Shown piece after piece: positions 44,590 to 53,096 of a stretch of DNA of 64,000 bases (position 1 is its first letter; each line of letters begins with the position of its first letter). The translations under genes and the position numbers were made by a program. Source of the DNA: a bacterium (GTDB taxonomy: Bacteria > Auribacterota > Erginobacteria > Erginobacterales > DAOSXE01); assembly GCA_035380285.1 (NCBI GenBank), contig DAOSXE010000012.1:2954-66953 (forward strand). The letters run 5' to 3'. The notes under the pieces were generated by a model. That model was given only the letters and a program-made list of their open reading frames with translations. It was not told the DNA's origin and searched no databases.

Positions 44590-45227
44590 GACTTCGCTTC
44601 TTCCTCCTCCGCCGGCGGCGGGGTTTCTCCTTCCGCGGCTTCGGCGCCTTCCTCGGCCTCCTCGGCTACCGCCGCCCGGCTGGTGGTGATGGTGAAGACT
44701 CCCTGTTCGGGGTCGGTGACGAGGACGACCCGGTCCGGCAGAACGAGGTCTCCCGCGGTCAGGACATCCCCGATCTCGAGGGCGCTGACGTCGACTCTGA
44801 TCTCGTCGGGAAGATCGGAAGGAACGCAGCGGACCTCGATCTCCCGAAGCAGGTGTTCGAGGATGCCCCCGTCACGGGTGACCCCGATCGCTTCCCCGAC
44901 CTCGACCACCGGGATCTCGGCGGTCAGTTGCTGCCCCTTGGCGACTCTCTGCAGGTCGATGTGGAGAATCTGGTGAGAGATATAGTGGAGCTGGACCTCC
45001 TTGACCATGGCCAGGGTTTCGGCTTCGCCTTCCAGGGACAGTTCCAGAAGCTGGTTTTCGTGAACGCCGGCGCGGACCGCGTCCTCGTCCCTGACGGCGA
45101 CGGACCGGACGCCTTCCCTGCCTCCGTAAACCACGGCGGGAATCAGTCCCTGGCGGCGGAGACGGCGGGGGTTGCTCCCCCCGGTAAGGTCGCGAGCGAC
45201 CGCTGTGAGCTTGGCATGTTCGGCCAT
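44586..45227 (-). CDS. rplY: 50S ribosomal protein L25/general stress protein Ctc
   Basis: ORF 44586..45227. RRLRRQGLIPAVVYG is present, along with a C-terminal acidic tail. Confidence 0.9.
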   Translation of the reverse strand: MAEHAKLTAVARDLTGGSNPRRLRRQGLIPAVVYGGREGVRSVAVRDEDAVRAGVHENQLLELSLEGEAETLAMVKEVQLHYISHQILHIDLQRVAKGQQLTAEIPVVEVGEAIGVTRDGGILEHLLREIEVRCVPSDLPDEIRVDVSALEIGDVLTAGDLVLPDRVVLVTDPEQGVFTITTSRAAVAEEAEEGAEAAEGETPPPAEEEEAKS

Positions 45228-45248
45228 TTTCTTCTCCTTGCTACCCGG

Positions 45249-46220
45249 TTATTCCTGATGATCGAACAGAATGCTGATCGGGGTATTGTCGTGAATCCTT
45301 CGGATCGCCCCCCCCAGCATCTCGGCGACCGAAACCACGTGAAACCGGTCGGACCCGAGCGCGTCCTCCTTGAGGGGGATGGTGTCGGTGACCCAGATAT
45401 CGTCCATGGGCGAATCGAGCAGGGCGGCGACGGCATCGCCCGCCAGCACCGGATGGGTGACCGCGACCGAGATCCGACGGGCTCCCTTCTCCTTGAGCGT
45501 CCGGATGGCGGTGGCCAGCGAGGTGCCGGTCGAAACCAGGTCGTCGATCACCAGGATATCGCTTCCGGAGACTTCTCCGATCACGTTCCTGACCTCGGTA
45601 TGGCGGTCGCCGAGGCGCCGTTTGTCCACCACCGCCAGGGGCCGGTCCAGGTGCTTGGCGAAATGCTTGGCGATCTTGATGCCTCCGACGTCGGGCGAGA
45701 CCACCACCAGGTTGTTGAGGGCGCCCCCGGCGAAGGCGTGGCGGAAATGGCGGATGAAGACGGGAGCGGCGTAGAGGTGGTCGACGGGGATATCGAAGAA
45801 ACCCTGGATCTGGGGAGCGTGCAGATCGATGGTCAGAAGTCGATCGGCCCCGGCCGCCACGATCAGGTTGGCGACCAGCTTGGCGCTGATCGGAACCCGG
45901 GGCCGATCCTTGCGGTCCTGGCGGCCGTACCCGTAAAAGGGCAGCACCGCCGTGATCCTGGTGGCGGAAGCCCGTTTGAGGGCATCGATCATCACCAGCA
46001 GCTCCATCAGGTTCTCGTTGGTGGGCGGCGAGGTCCCCTGGATCAGGAACACGTCTCCCCCGCGGACCGGCTCGGAGATCTGGACCCGGACCTCGCCCTC
46101 CGGGAACCGGCCGACCTCGGCGGGAGAAAGCTCGACTCCGATCGATTCGGCGATCCGGGCCGCCAGGCCCGGGTTGGCGTTCCCGGTGAAGATCATGAGC
46201 TTGTGGTTTCTCATCGTCAT
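45249..46220 (-). CDS. prs: Ribose-phosphate pyrophosphokinase
   Basis: ORF 45249..47402 trimmed to ATG 46220 (MTMRNHKLMIFTGNANP), overlapping the glmU-like stop (ATGA). VLPFYGYGRQDRK and VIDDLVSTGTS are present. Confidence 0.93.
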   Translation of the reverse strand: MTMRNHKLMIFTGNANPGLAARIAESIGVELSPAEVGRFPEGEVRVQISEPVRGGDVFLIQGTSPPTNENLMELLVMIDALKRASATRITAVLPFYGYGRQDRKDRPRVPISAKLVANLIVAAGADRLLTIDLHAPQIQGFFDIPVDHLYAAPVFIRHFRHAFAGGALNNLVVVSPDVGGIKIAKHFAKHLDRPLAVVDKRRLGDRHTEVRNVIGEVSGSDILVIDDLVSTGTSLATAIRTLKEKGARRISVAVTHPVLAGDAVAALLDSPMDDIWVTDTIPLKEDALGSDRFHVVSVAEMLGGAIRRIHDNTPISILFDHQE

Positions 46221-47191
46221 TCCCCCCTGTTGGCCGGCGCACCCGAGCGCACGGCGCCGTCGGCGATCTTTTCCCCCGCGCAAACCCGGACGAACGGCCC
46301 CAGCCGGCAGCCGCGGCCGATGACCGCGCCGGTTTCGACGGCGGCGAACGGCCCCAAAACGGTGTCGGGGCCGACCTCGATTCCCGCCTCCAGGTAGACC
46401 GTCTCCGGGCAGAGAACGGTCACCCCGTTCTCCCACAACCGGGCGCAGGCCCGGGCTTGAAACACCTTTTCCGCCTCCGCCAGCTGGCGGCGGGAATTGA
46501 CGCCCAGAATCTCGGAAGCGGGCACCGACATGGTCCCGACCGGCGCGCCCGAATTCACCAGCAGGTGAACGGCATCGGTCAGGTAGTATTCCCCCTGGCG
46601 GTTGCGGTTCCCGATCTTTTCCAGGACGTCCCAAACCGCCGGGGAGGAGAAACAGTATATCCCGCTGTTGATCTCCCGGATATCCTTCTGGGCGGCGTCG
46701 GCCTCGACGTCTTCGACGATCTTCCGGACCAGACCGTCTTCCCCCCGGACGATCCGGCCGTATCCCCGGGGAACGTCGACGACGGAACCGAGCACGGTGG
46801 CGGCCCAGCCCCGCTCCCGGTGGAGAGCCAGGAGCCCGGCCACGGTTTCGGGACGGATCAGCGGGACATCCCCGCAGAGGACCACGACCTCCCCCTCCAG
46901 CCCCCGAAGGCGGGGGGCCGCCCGGCGCAGCGCGTCCCCCGTTCCCAGCTTCTCGTCCTGGATCACCGCTTCGGCGCGGCCCCGCAGTATCTCTTCGAGG
47001 GCGGGAGTCCGGGGGGGGATCACCGCCAACAGAGCCGAAGGGCCGGCCGCCGCCGCCGCGTCCAGAACATGAGCCAGGAGGGGACGCCCTCCCAGAAGGT
47101 GGGCGATCTTGGGCAGGGAACTCTTCATCCGTTTCCCCTCCCCCGCGGCCAGAATGACGCAGGCGCAGCTGCTGGCGTTTTTCTTCGACAT
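46217..47191 (-). CDS. GlmU-like sugar-1-phosphate uridylyltransferase with a truncated left-handed beta-helix
   Basis: ORF 46217..47191, 324 aa. VILAAGEGKRMKSSLPKIAH, LGTGDA, LCGDVPLI and EYYLTD are present. Only about 70 aa of hexapeptide-repeat region remain before the stop. Confidence 0.8.
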   Translation of the reverse strand: MSKKNASSCACVILAAGEGKRMKSSLPKIAHLLGGRPLLAHVLDAAAAAGPSALLAVIPPRTPALEEILRGRAEAVIQDEKLGTGDALRRAAPRLRGLEGEVVVLCGDVPLIRPETVAGLLALHRERGWAATVLGSVVDVPRGYGRIVRGEDGLVRKIVEDVEADAAQKDIREINSGIYCFSSPAVWDVLEKIGNRNRQGEYYLTDAVHLLVNSGAPVGTMSVPASEILGVNSRRQLAEAEKVFQARACARLWENGVTVLCPETVYLEAGIEVGPDTVLGPFAAVETGAVIGRGCRLGPFVRVCAGEKIADGAVRSGAPANRGE

Positions 47192-47325
47192 CTCTCTTCC
47201 TTAATAACCGGCGGGCGACCGGCCGCGCACCGGACCTGCGGAGTCCGGGTCCAAGGAGAGCGCTCGCGGAAAAGCCACCGGCCGGGGACGCGCCGGAACG
47301 CTCCCCGAAAAATCGGTGCCGGTGA

Positions 47326-47397
47326 CTGCCCGGCGAGGGCTCGAACCTCGAAACTCGGCTCCAAAGGCCGATGTGTTGCCAATTACACCACCGGGCA
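47326..47397 (-). tRNA. tRNA-Gln (anticodon UUG), CCA not encoded
   Basis: Hand-folded cloverleaf on the minus strand: acceptor TGCCCGG/CCGGGCA, D arm GTGT/ACAC, anticodon arm TCGGC-CTTTGGA-GCCGA and T arm CGAGG-TTCGAGC-CCTCG. The discriminator is G and the length is 72 nt. Confidence 0.9.
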
Positions 47398-47472
47398 TAC
47401 AATCGGAGCCTTACCAGGTTCGGCTCGCTGCGCGCGGCGCGGAAGCCTCTTCTGGGCAGACATTGCGGGCGT

Positions 47473-47500
47473 ATCTTACCATCCGCCCCCCCTCCGTCAA
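47473..47500 (-). promoter_or_regulatory. Promoter TTGACG-16-TAAGAT upstream of tRNA-Gln and the housekeeping run
   Basis: Minus-strand read: TTGACGGAGGGGGGGCGGATGGTAAGAT. It lies just downstream of the ispE stop and about 70 nt upstream of the tRNA 5' end. Confidence 0.5.
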
Positions 47501-47511
47501 GGGGAATATCC

Positions 47512-48399
47512 TCAGCCGGAAACCGGGGGGGGAACGCGGTTGGAGGCGACCGCGACGAAGACGGACGGCCCCAGCGCCCGGCGCGCTTCGCGCCCGACCG
47601 CTTCGGCCTCTTCCCGGGACCGGGCCAAGCCGACGACGGTCGCCCCCGACCCCGCCAGGACGGCGCCCAGTTCCAGCCGCCCGCGGAGGAAATCGATCAC
47701 TTCGACCACGTCGGGGCGGTGGCGGCGGGCTACCTCCTCGAAGACGTTGTAGATCGAACGGGCCAGCGCCTCCAGGTCCCCCCCCTCCAGGGCCGCCAGC
47801 AGCGGCTCCACTCCGGGGGGACGGCGGGGGGGAAGACGGTCGATCTCCCCGTAAGCCCAGGCGGTGGGAAGGGGCGCGCCGGGGTTGACCAGCACCGCCT
47901 GCAGGGGGGGCGCCGGCGGCAGCGGGGCGACCGCCTCCCCCCGCCCGCGGCAGAGAGAGGTGGCGGGATGGAGAAAAAACGCCGGGTCTGAACCGAGTTC
48001 GGCGCAGATCTCTTCGAGCAGCCCCGGCGGCGGCGGCAGGCCCCAGAGGCGGCAGGCACCGGCGAGGGCGGCGGCGGCGTCGGAACTGCCCCCCCCCAAC
48101 CCGGCGGCGGCGGGGATGCGTTTGCCGATGGAAACCCTGATGCCGGCGGCGACGCCGAGCCGGCGGCGCAGCAGTTCCAGCCCCCGGTAGGCCAGGTTCC
48201 CGGGACCGTCGGGAACGTCGTCACGGTCGGCGGTGACCGTTATCCCCGCTCCGGCCGGTTCGAGGACGAGGACGTCGGCGAGATCGAGCGGCTCCATCAC
48301 CGTGATCACCTCGTGGTAGCCGTCGGGACGGCGGGAAAGCACGTCCAGGTAGAGGTTGAACTTGCAGGGAGCCAGAAGGCGGAGAACGGAGGGGGTCAT
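47512..48399 (-). CDS. ispE: 4-diphosphocytidyl-2-C-methyl-D-erythritol kinase
   Basis: ORF 47512..48399. APCKFNLYLDV, RPDGYHEV and GLGGGSSDAAA are present. Confidence 0.9.
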   Translation of the reverse strand: MTPSVLRLLAPCKFNLYLDVLSRRPDGYHEVITVMEPLDLADVLVLEPAGAGITVTADRDDVPDGPGNLAYRGLELLRRRLGVAAGIRVSIGKRIPAAAGLGGGSSDAAAALAGACRLWGLPPPPGLLEEICAELGSDPAFFLHPATSLCRGRGEAVAPLPPAPPLQAVLVNPGAPLPTAWAYGEIDRLPPRRPPGVEPLLAALEGGDLEALARSIYNVFEEVARRHRPDVVEVIDFLRGRLELGAVLAGSGATVVGLARSREEAEAVGREARRALGPSVFVAVASNRVPPPVSG

Positions 48400-49808
48400 G
48401 GGGAAGGAGCGGACCCGGGAGCCGCGGGAAGGCCTTCCTCGATCTTGAGCTCCAGGCGTTCGGGGTGCTCCGGTTCCGCTTCCAGGGCGCGGCGCCAGTA
48501 ATCGCGGGCCGCGGCGTCTTCTCCCAGGCGGAAACTGGCGTCCCCCAGATGTTCCAGGATCTCGGGCTCGTCCGGAGAAGCTTCGGCGGCCTTCTCCAGG
48601 TTCTCGAGGGCGGCGCGGTAGTCCCCCCGTCGGTAAAAGACCCAGCCCAGGCTGTCGAGAAACGCCCCGTTGCCGGGGTCCAGCTCCAAGGCCCGGCGGA
48701 TCAGTTCTTCCGCTTCGTCCAGGCGAACGCCTTTTTCGGCGTACATGTACCCCAGGTAATTGTACCCGATGGGGTTGTTGGGGTCGGCCGAGATCCCTTT
48801 TTCCAGGTTGTCGACGGCGTCCTGAAATCTCCCCCTCCTCTCCAGTGCCGCGCCCAGCGCCAGGTAGAGTTCGGCCGAATCCAGCCCCAGATTCCGGGCC
48901 TGCTCGAAAGCGGAAACCGCTTCCCCGTAATCCCCCCGCAAGTGCTCGACCATGCCCAGAGCGAACCAGGCCTGGGCGGAAAGAGGCTCCAGGGTGGTGA
49001 GCATTCTCAGTTTGCCGGCGGCCAGGTTATACTCCCCGCGCTCCAGGTAGATGCGCCACAGACGCTCGTAGACGGCGGTATTGCCGGGGGCGTCCCGGGA
49101 AACTTTCTCGTACCACTCCGCGGCTTCCTCGCCGAGGCCCTGCCGATCGAGGGCGAACGCCAGGGGGAGCCATGCGTCCCCGAACCCGGGATCGACGGCC
49201 AGGGCTTCCCGGAAAAGATCGGCGGCGGCGGCCGGGTCGTCGCCGTCGAGGGAGAGCAACCCCAGCTTGAAAGGAAACTCGGGCAGGTCGGGAAGGGCGC
49301 GCCGGCCGGTTTCGTAAACCCGTGCCGCTTCCTCCTTCTTCTCCTCGGCCTGATAGAGACCGCCCAGGAGCAGGTAGGGGGACTTTTCCGGGGGCGCGAA
49401 AGAGATCACCCGCTCCAGTTCGACTTCGGCATCGCCGATCCGTCCCGCTTTCTGATAGGCCGCCCCCAGCAGCATCCCCACCCGGGGGAGGGAAGGCGCC
49501 AGGTCGCGGGCACGCTCGATCAGGGGAACGGCCTTTTCCGCCTCGTCCCGGCCCAGGAGAATCGCCCCCAATTTCACCCGGGGCTCGTAGGCGTCCGGAT
49601 CGAGTTCGATCACCCGCCGCAGAAGCGCGACGGCCTCGTCCGGATGATGATGGAGCATACTCGCCACCGCCACCGCGTAGAGGGCGTGGGCTTGAGCGAA
49701 GTCCCGGTCGGGCCCGGAGGCGGATGAGCGCGGAACCGGGCCGAAAGCGGACGCCAGGAGCAGAAACAACAGGAGGGGAAACAACCGGCGATCGGGCCGG
49801 AGGCTCAT
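48396..49808 (-). CDS. Secreted TPR-repeat protein
   Basis: ORF 48396..49808. The signal peptide LFPLLLFLLLASAFG is followed by more than 10 TPR-like 34-aa units. Confidence 0.85.
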   Translation of the reverse strand: MSLRPDRRLFPLLLFLLLASAFGPVPRSSASGPDRDFAQAHALYAVAVASMLHHHPDEAVALLRRVIELDPDAYEPRVKLGAILLGRDEAEKAVPLIERARDLAPSLPRVGMLLGAAYQKAGRIGDAEVELERVISFAPPEKSPYLLLGGLYQAEEKKEEAARVYETGRRALPDLPEFPFKLGLLSLDGDDPAAAADLFREALAVDPGFGDAWLPLAFALDRQGLGEEAAEWYEKVSRDAPGNTAVYERLWRIYLERGEYNLAAGKLRMLTTLEPLSAQAWFALGMVEHLRGDYGEAVSAFEQARNLGLDSAELYLALGAALERRGRFQDAVDNLEKGISADPNNPIGYNYLGYMYAEKGVRLDEAEELIRRALELDPGNGAFLDSLGWVFYRRGDYRAALENLEKAAEASPDEPEILEHLGDASFRLGEDAAARDYWRRALEAEPEHPERLELKIEEGLPAAPGSAPSP

Positions 49809-49900
49809 CTCTTCTTCTTCTTATGCCTATCTCTTCTGAGTTGCTTCTTGCGCTTGTGCTTGGCGATCTTGGTCTTGCGCTTTTTCCGTCCGCAAGGCAT
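49805..49900 (-). CDS. 31-aa Lys/Arg-rich protein, AURKAIP1/COX24 (bS22-like) small-protein family candidate
   Basis: Not in the supplied ORF track because it is under 60 aa. Minus-strand read: GGAGG, 8 nt, then ATG at 49900. The translation is MPCGRKKRKTKIAKHKRKKQLRRDRHKKKKR*. The TGA overlaps the TPR-gene ATG (ATGA). Confidence 0.6.
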   Translation of the reverse strand: MPCGRKKRKTKIAKHKRKKQLRRDRHKKKKR

Positions 49901-49954
49901 TGAAGCTGCCTCCGTTTGCTTTCTGGTTCTGTCCCCGGAAAACCGGGCCGGCTC

Positions 49955-50842
49955 TCACAGGATCAACTTATTCAACGGGTATTCGATTATCCCCTGGGCC
50001 CCCGCCGCTTTCAAGCCCGGGAGGAGCTGACGAACTTCGTTTTCGGGAATGATGACTTCGACCGCCACCCAGGCGGGGTCCTTCTGTTCGGAGATGGTCG
50101 GGGAATGCAGGGAAGGAAGGCAGTCCAGCACGTTCTCCAGCGACGGGCGGGGAACGTTCATCTTCAGCCCCACCTTGTCCTGAGCGTTGATCGCCCCTTC
50201 CAGCAGCAGGACCATGTTCTCGATCTTGGCCCGGATCCCGGCGTCTTCCCACGCCCGCTCGTTCACGATCAGACGGGTCGTGCTTTCGAGAACGGTTTCG
50301 ATCACCCGCAATTTATTGGCCCGCAGCGACGACCCCGTCTCGGTCAGTTCCACGATGGCGTCGACCAGCTGCGGCGGTTTGACCTCGGTGGCTCCCCAGG
50401 AATACTCGACTTCGCAGGTCACCCCGCGGGAGGCGAAGAAATCCTCGGTCAGGCGGACGACCTCGGTGGCGACGCGCTTGCCCTCGAGATCCTCCACCTT
50501 CCGGAAGGGAGAATCCTCGGGAACGGCCAGGACCCAGCGGACCGGACGGAACCCGGCCTTGGCGTAGACGAGGTTGGAGACCTCGCGGACCTGAACCCGG
50601 TTTTCCCGTATCCAGTCCAGCCCGGTCATCCCGGCGTCCAGGGCGCCGATCTGAACGTAGCGCGGGATCTCCTGGGCGCGGATCAGCACCGGCTCGATAT
50701 CGGGATCGTCGATGGCGGGGTAATAAGAACGCCCCCGGACCGAAAGCCGCCAACCGGCCTTGCGGAAAAGTTCGAAGGTGGATTCCTGCAGGCTGCCTTT
50801 GGGCAACCCCAGCTTGATCGGTCTTGTCAGGTCGGCAGTCAT
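49955..50842 (-). CDS. hisG: ATP phosphoribosyltransferase (long form)
   Basis: ORF 49955..50896 trimmed to ATG 50842, which follows [18 protein letters not shown] and a C-terminal regulatory domain are present. Confidence 0.9.
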   Translation of the reverse strand: MTADLTRPIKLGLPKGSLQESTFELFRKAGWRLSVRGRSYYPAIDDPDIEPVLIRAQEIPRYVQIGALDAGMTGLDWIRENRVQVREVSNLVYAKAGFRPVRWVLAVPEDSPFRKVEDLEGKRVATEVVRLTEDFFASRGVTCEVEYSWGATEVKPPQLVDAIVELTETGSSLRANKLRVIETVLESTTRLIVNERAWEDAGIRAKIENMVLLLEGAINAQDKVGLKMNVPRPSLENVLDCLPSLHSPTISEQKDPAWVAVEVIIPENEVRQLLPGLKAAGAQGIIEYPLNKLIL

Positions 50843-50956
50843 CGTTCTCCGTCCGTTTTCAGGCGCCCCGAGAACCCCGGGGCAGCAGAACGGCAATTAT
50901 TAGTGAAGACCCGTCTCAATACAAGTATTTTCGGCGCCGAAGCCGGACCCGCGCCC

Positions 50957-50985
50957 TTGACCGGGTAGGACCTCCCCGTTAAAAT
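50957..50985 (+). promoter_or_regulatory. Sigma70-type promoter TTGACC-17-TAAAAT
   Basis: Plus-strand read: TTGACCgggtaggacctccccgtTAAAAT. It lies about 55 nt upstream of AAGGAGGGAACG-ATG at 51040. Confidence 0.55.
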
Positions 50986-51039
50986 AAACGAGAGCTTGTA
51001 TGAGATTGCGCCGAACCCGCGCCAAACAAGGAGGGAACG

Positions 51040-52134
51040 ATGAGCGAGCAAACCCCCGACCGGGTGGGCATTCAACGCCTGTTGGAACTGACCTGGAAAC
51101 CGGCCAAGATCCTGCGCCTGACCGGGGTTCTCCTGGTCGCGTACCTGATCCGGCTCGTCTTCGGATGGATCGCCCCGGCCTCGGCGGGGGCCGCCTGGTT
51201 CGCCCAGATCATCATGTTCGTCGGAGACATCGTTATTTATTTCCTGGTCCTGTGGGGGATGACCGCGGTGGCGGCGCGGACCCTGGAGGAGATCAACGGG
51301 ACTCCGCCGCGCGGCGCCGCCGGCGGCCAGATCTTTCTCTCCCCCATCAAAATATTCGCCGTCATCGCCGCCCTGGTGGCGGTTCACGCCGTCATCGATC
51401 TTCTCGGCAGCATCCCCTGGGTCGGGGAACTGGCCTGGATGTTTTCCCCGGCCCTCACCTTCCCCCTGGCCGTAGCCATTATCGCGGCCATCCTGGTTCT
51501 GGCCTTCGGGATCATGCTTCTGCCTACGATCATCGCGGTCGGCCAGGAAGGGCCGGTGAGCGAGCTGGTCGACTTCCTCCGCCGCCACACCATCCGGTTT
51601 CTCGGCCATTTTCTGATCGCGGCGGCGGTCTCGGCGATAACGGTGGGGCTGCTCTTCTGGGCGCTGGGGTACAGCGCCGCGATTTCCGGGGTCGTGATGG
51701 GGAACAAGTTCTACTATATTCAAACCAACGTTCCCGACTGGACCCGGGGCTTGAACATCGCCTGCCCCTTCCTCATGCCCCGTATCTGGCCGCCCAGCCC
51801 CGATCCCGTAACCGGGCGATGGACCCTGGTCCTGGCCGGGTTCGTCTACGGGGTCATCGTCTGGCTGATCAAACTGGGCATCTTCGGCTCGGTGCTGGTC
51901 ACCTTCAGCGTGGCCGGGACCCTCTCGTATCTGGGACTGAAACCGCCGCGGGAGGAGCGCGAACCCGAGCAACCGGCCGGGGTCGACGCCGAACCGCTTC
52001 CGCCACCGCCCGCTCCCAAACGCAGATCCTCCCGGAAGAAATCCCCGGCGAAAGAGCAGGCGCCTCCGCCGGAACCGCCCGCCGAGGAAGTTTCCGGGGA
52101 CGCCGGCGAAGAGGAAACGCCGGAGCGGACCTGA
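51040..52134 (+). CDS. Polytopic membrane protein with Pro/Glu/Lys-rich C-terminal tail, function unknown
   Basis: ORF 51040..52134 with a strong RBS (AAGGAGG) and about 7 hydrophobic segments. Confidence 0.75.
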   Translation: MSEQTPDRVGIQRLLELTWKPAKILRLTGVLLVAYLIRLVFGWIAPASAGAAWFAQIIMFVGDIVIYFLVLWGMTAVAARTLEEINGTPPRGAAGGQIFLSPIKIFAVIAALVAVHAVIDLLGSIPWVGELAWMFSPALTFPLAVAIIAAILVLAFGIMLLPTIIAVGQEGPVSELVDFLRRHTIRFLGHFLIAAAVSAITVGLLFWALGYSAAISGVVMGNKFYYIQTNVPDWTRGLNIACPFLMPRIWPPSPDPVTGRWTLVLAGFVYGVIVWLIKLGIFGSVLVTFSVAGTLSYLGLKPPREEREPEQPAGVDAEPLPPPPAPKRRSSRKKSPAKEQAPPPEPPAEEVSGDAGEEETPERT

Positions 52135-52153
52135 CGGGTCGAACGGCCTTACC

Positions 52154-52624
52154 TCAGTCCGCTCCGCGCCGGCGGCGTCGCCGGCGCAAATCCAGCAGGA
52201 GCGCGGCGACGAGAACCGCCGCCAGCGTCAGGGGGAGCAAGGCGACGAACCGGTCCGGGGAGACGAACCCCAGGGAAAAGGTGCGGGTGGTGAAGGGGTA
52301 GAGCCACATATACCCCCCGACCAGGTGCTTCTGGAGCATATCCATGGCCGCGTGCAACAGGCACCCCCCGTAGAGCAGCCAGAAAATCCGGACGCGCTGG
52401 TTCCGGCGGAAGCAGAGGGCCAGCAGCCAGCAGAGAAAGAACAGAACCGCCGGGGCGTGGAACGGCTGGGTGGCGGGAAACGCCCGGGGCCAGACGATGT
52501 GGATGGGACGGGTCACCAGGTCGGGGAGGATGGCCCCGAGATAAAAGACGGGAGCGAAGCGTTTCAGGCCGGCGGCGCGGCCCGCCAGCCAGGCGCCCGC
52601 GAAATGGGTAACGAGATCAGGCAT
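52154..52624 (-). CDS. Membrane-bound metal-dependent hydrolase, YdjM/DUF457-like
   Basis: ORF 52154..52624. It has the N-terminal MPDLVTHFAGAW and several conserved-looking His residues in a 4-5 TM protein. The family call is tentative. Confidence 0.55.
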   Translation of the reverse strand: MPDLVTHFAGAWLAGRAAGLKRFAPVFYLGAILPDLVTRPIHIVWPRAFPATQPFHAPAVLFFLCWLLALCFRRNQRVRIFWLLYGGCLLHAAMDMLQKHLVGGYMWLYPFTTRTFSLGFVSPDRFVALLPLTLAAVLVAALLLDLRRRRRRRGAD

Positions 52625-53087
52625 CGTCCTCTCCGGCGACGTAAAAAGCCCCCTTCCGCCAGCGCAGGACCCGCGCCAGCAGGACGGCCGCCAGCAGAAC
52701 CGGCAGCGCGGAAACGGCTATCTTCATTCTCCGCAGAGGGGCGGTCTGAACTGCGGTCAGCTCCAGCTCCCCTCCCCCGGGCCGGTTCCGGAAAACGGTA
52801 AGGGCGTAAAAATAATCCCCTTCCCTGAGTCCGAGACCGGAAGTCCCCCCGGGAACGGAGACGGAGAAGTCGCCGTCGATGGAATGGACCCGGAAGCGGT
52901 CCGCCGCGATGGGCCCCAGGGTGGCGCCGGAAGCGACGGGGACCACGGTTCCGTCGAAGGCGGCGGGGTCGGAGAGGCACTCCGCCAGCGTCGGTTCGTA
53001 AAACACGGCCTGGGAATGGGCGCAGAAGGCGACGAGCAGAAGCGCCAGCGCCGCCATTTTGAGGACACGGCCGCGGTCGGAAAACAC
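52617..53087 (-). CDS. Hypothetical protein with N-terminal signal and C-terminal TM anchor
   Basis: ORF 52617..53087 with a GTG start and an alternative ATG at 53057. It overlaps the next gene by 8 nt. I recognise no family. Confidence 0.55.
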   Translation of the reverse strand: MFSDRGRVLKMAALALLLVAFCAHSQAVFYEPTLAECLSDPAAFDGTVVPVASGATLGPIAADRFRVHSIDGDFSVSVPGGTSGLGLREGDYFYALTVFRNRPGGGELELTAVQTAPLRRMKIAVSALPVLLAAVLLARVLRWRKGAFYVAGEDDA

Positions 53088-53096
53088 GAGCGGCCC

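Noticed and set aside
45249-47402. 717-aa ORF that could suggest a fused or frameshifted glmU-prs gene
   Set aside because: The N-terminal 390 aa is an out-of-frame reading across the glmU-like gene and the tRNA. Prs begins cleanly at ATG 46220 (MTMRNHKLMIFTGNANP), overlapping the glmU-like stop.
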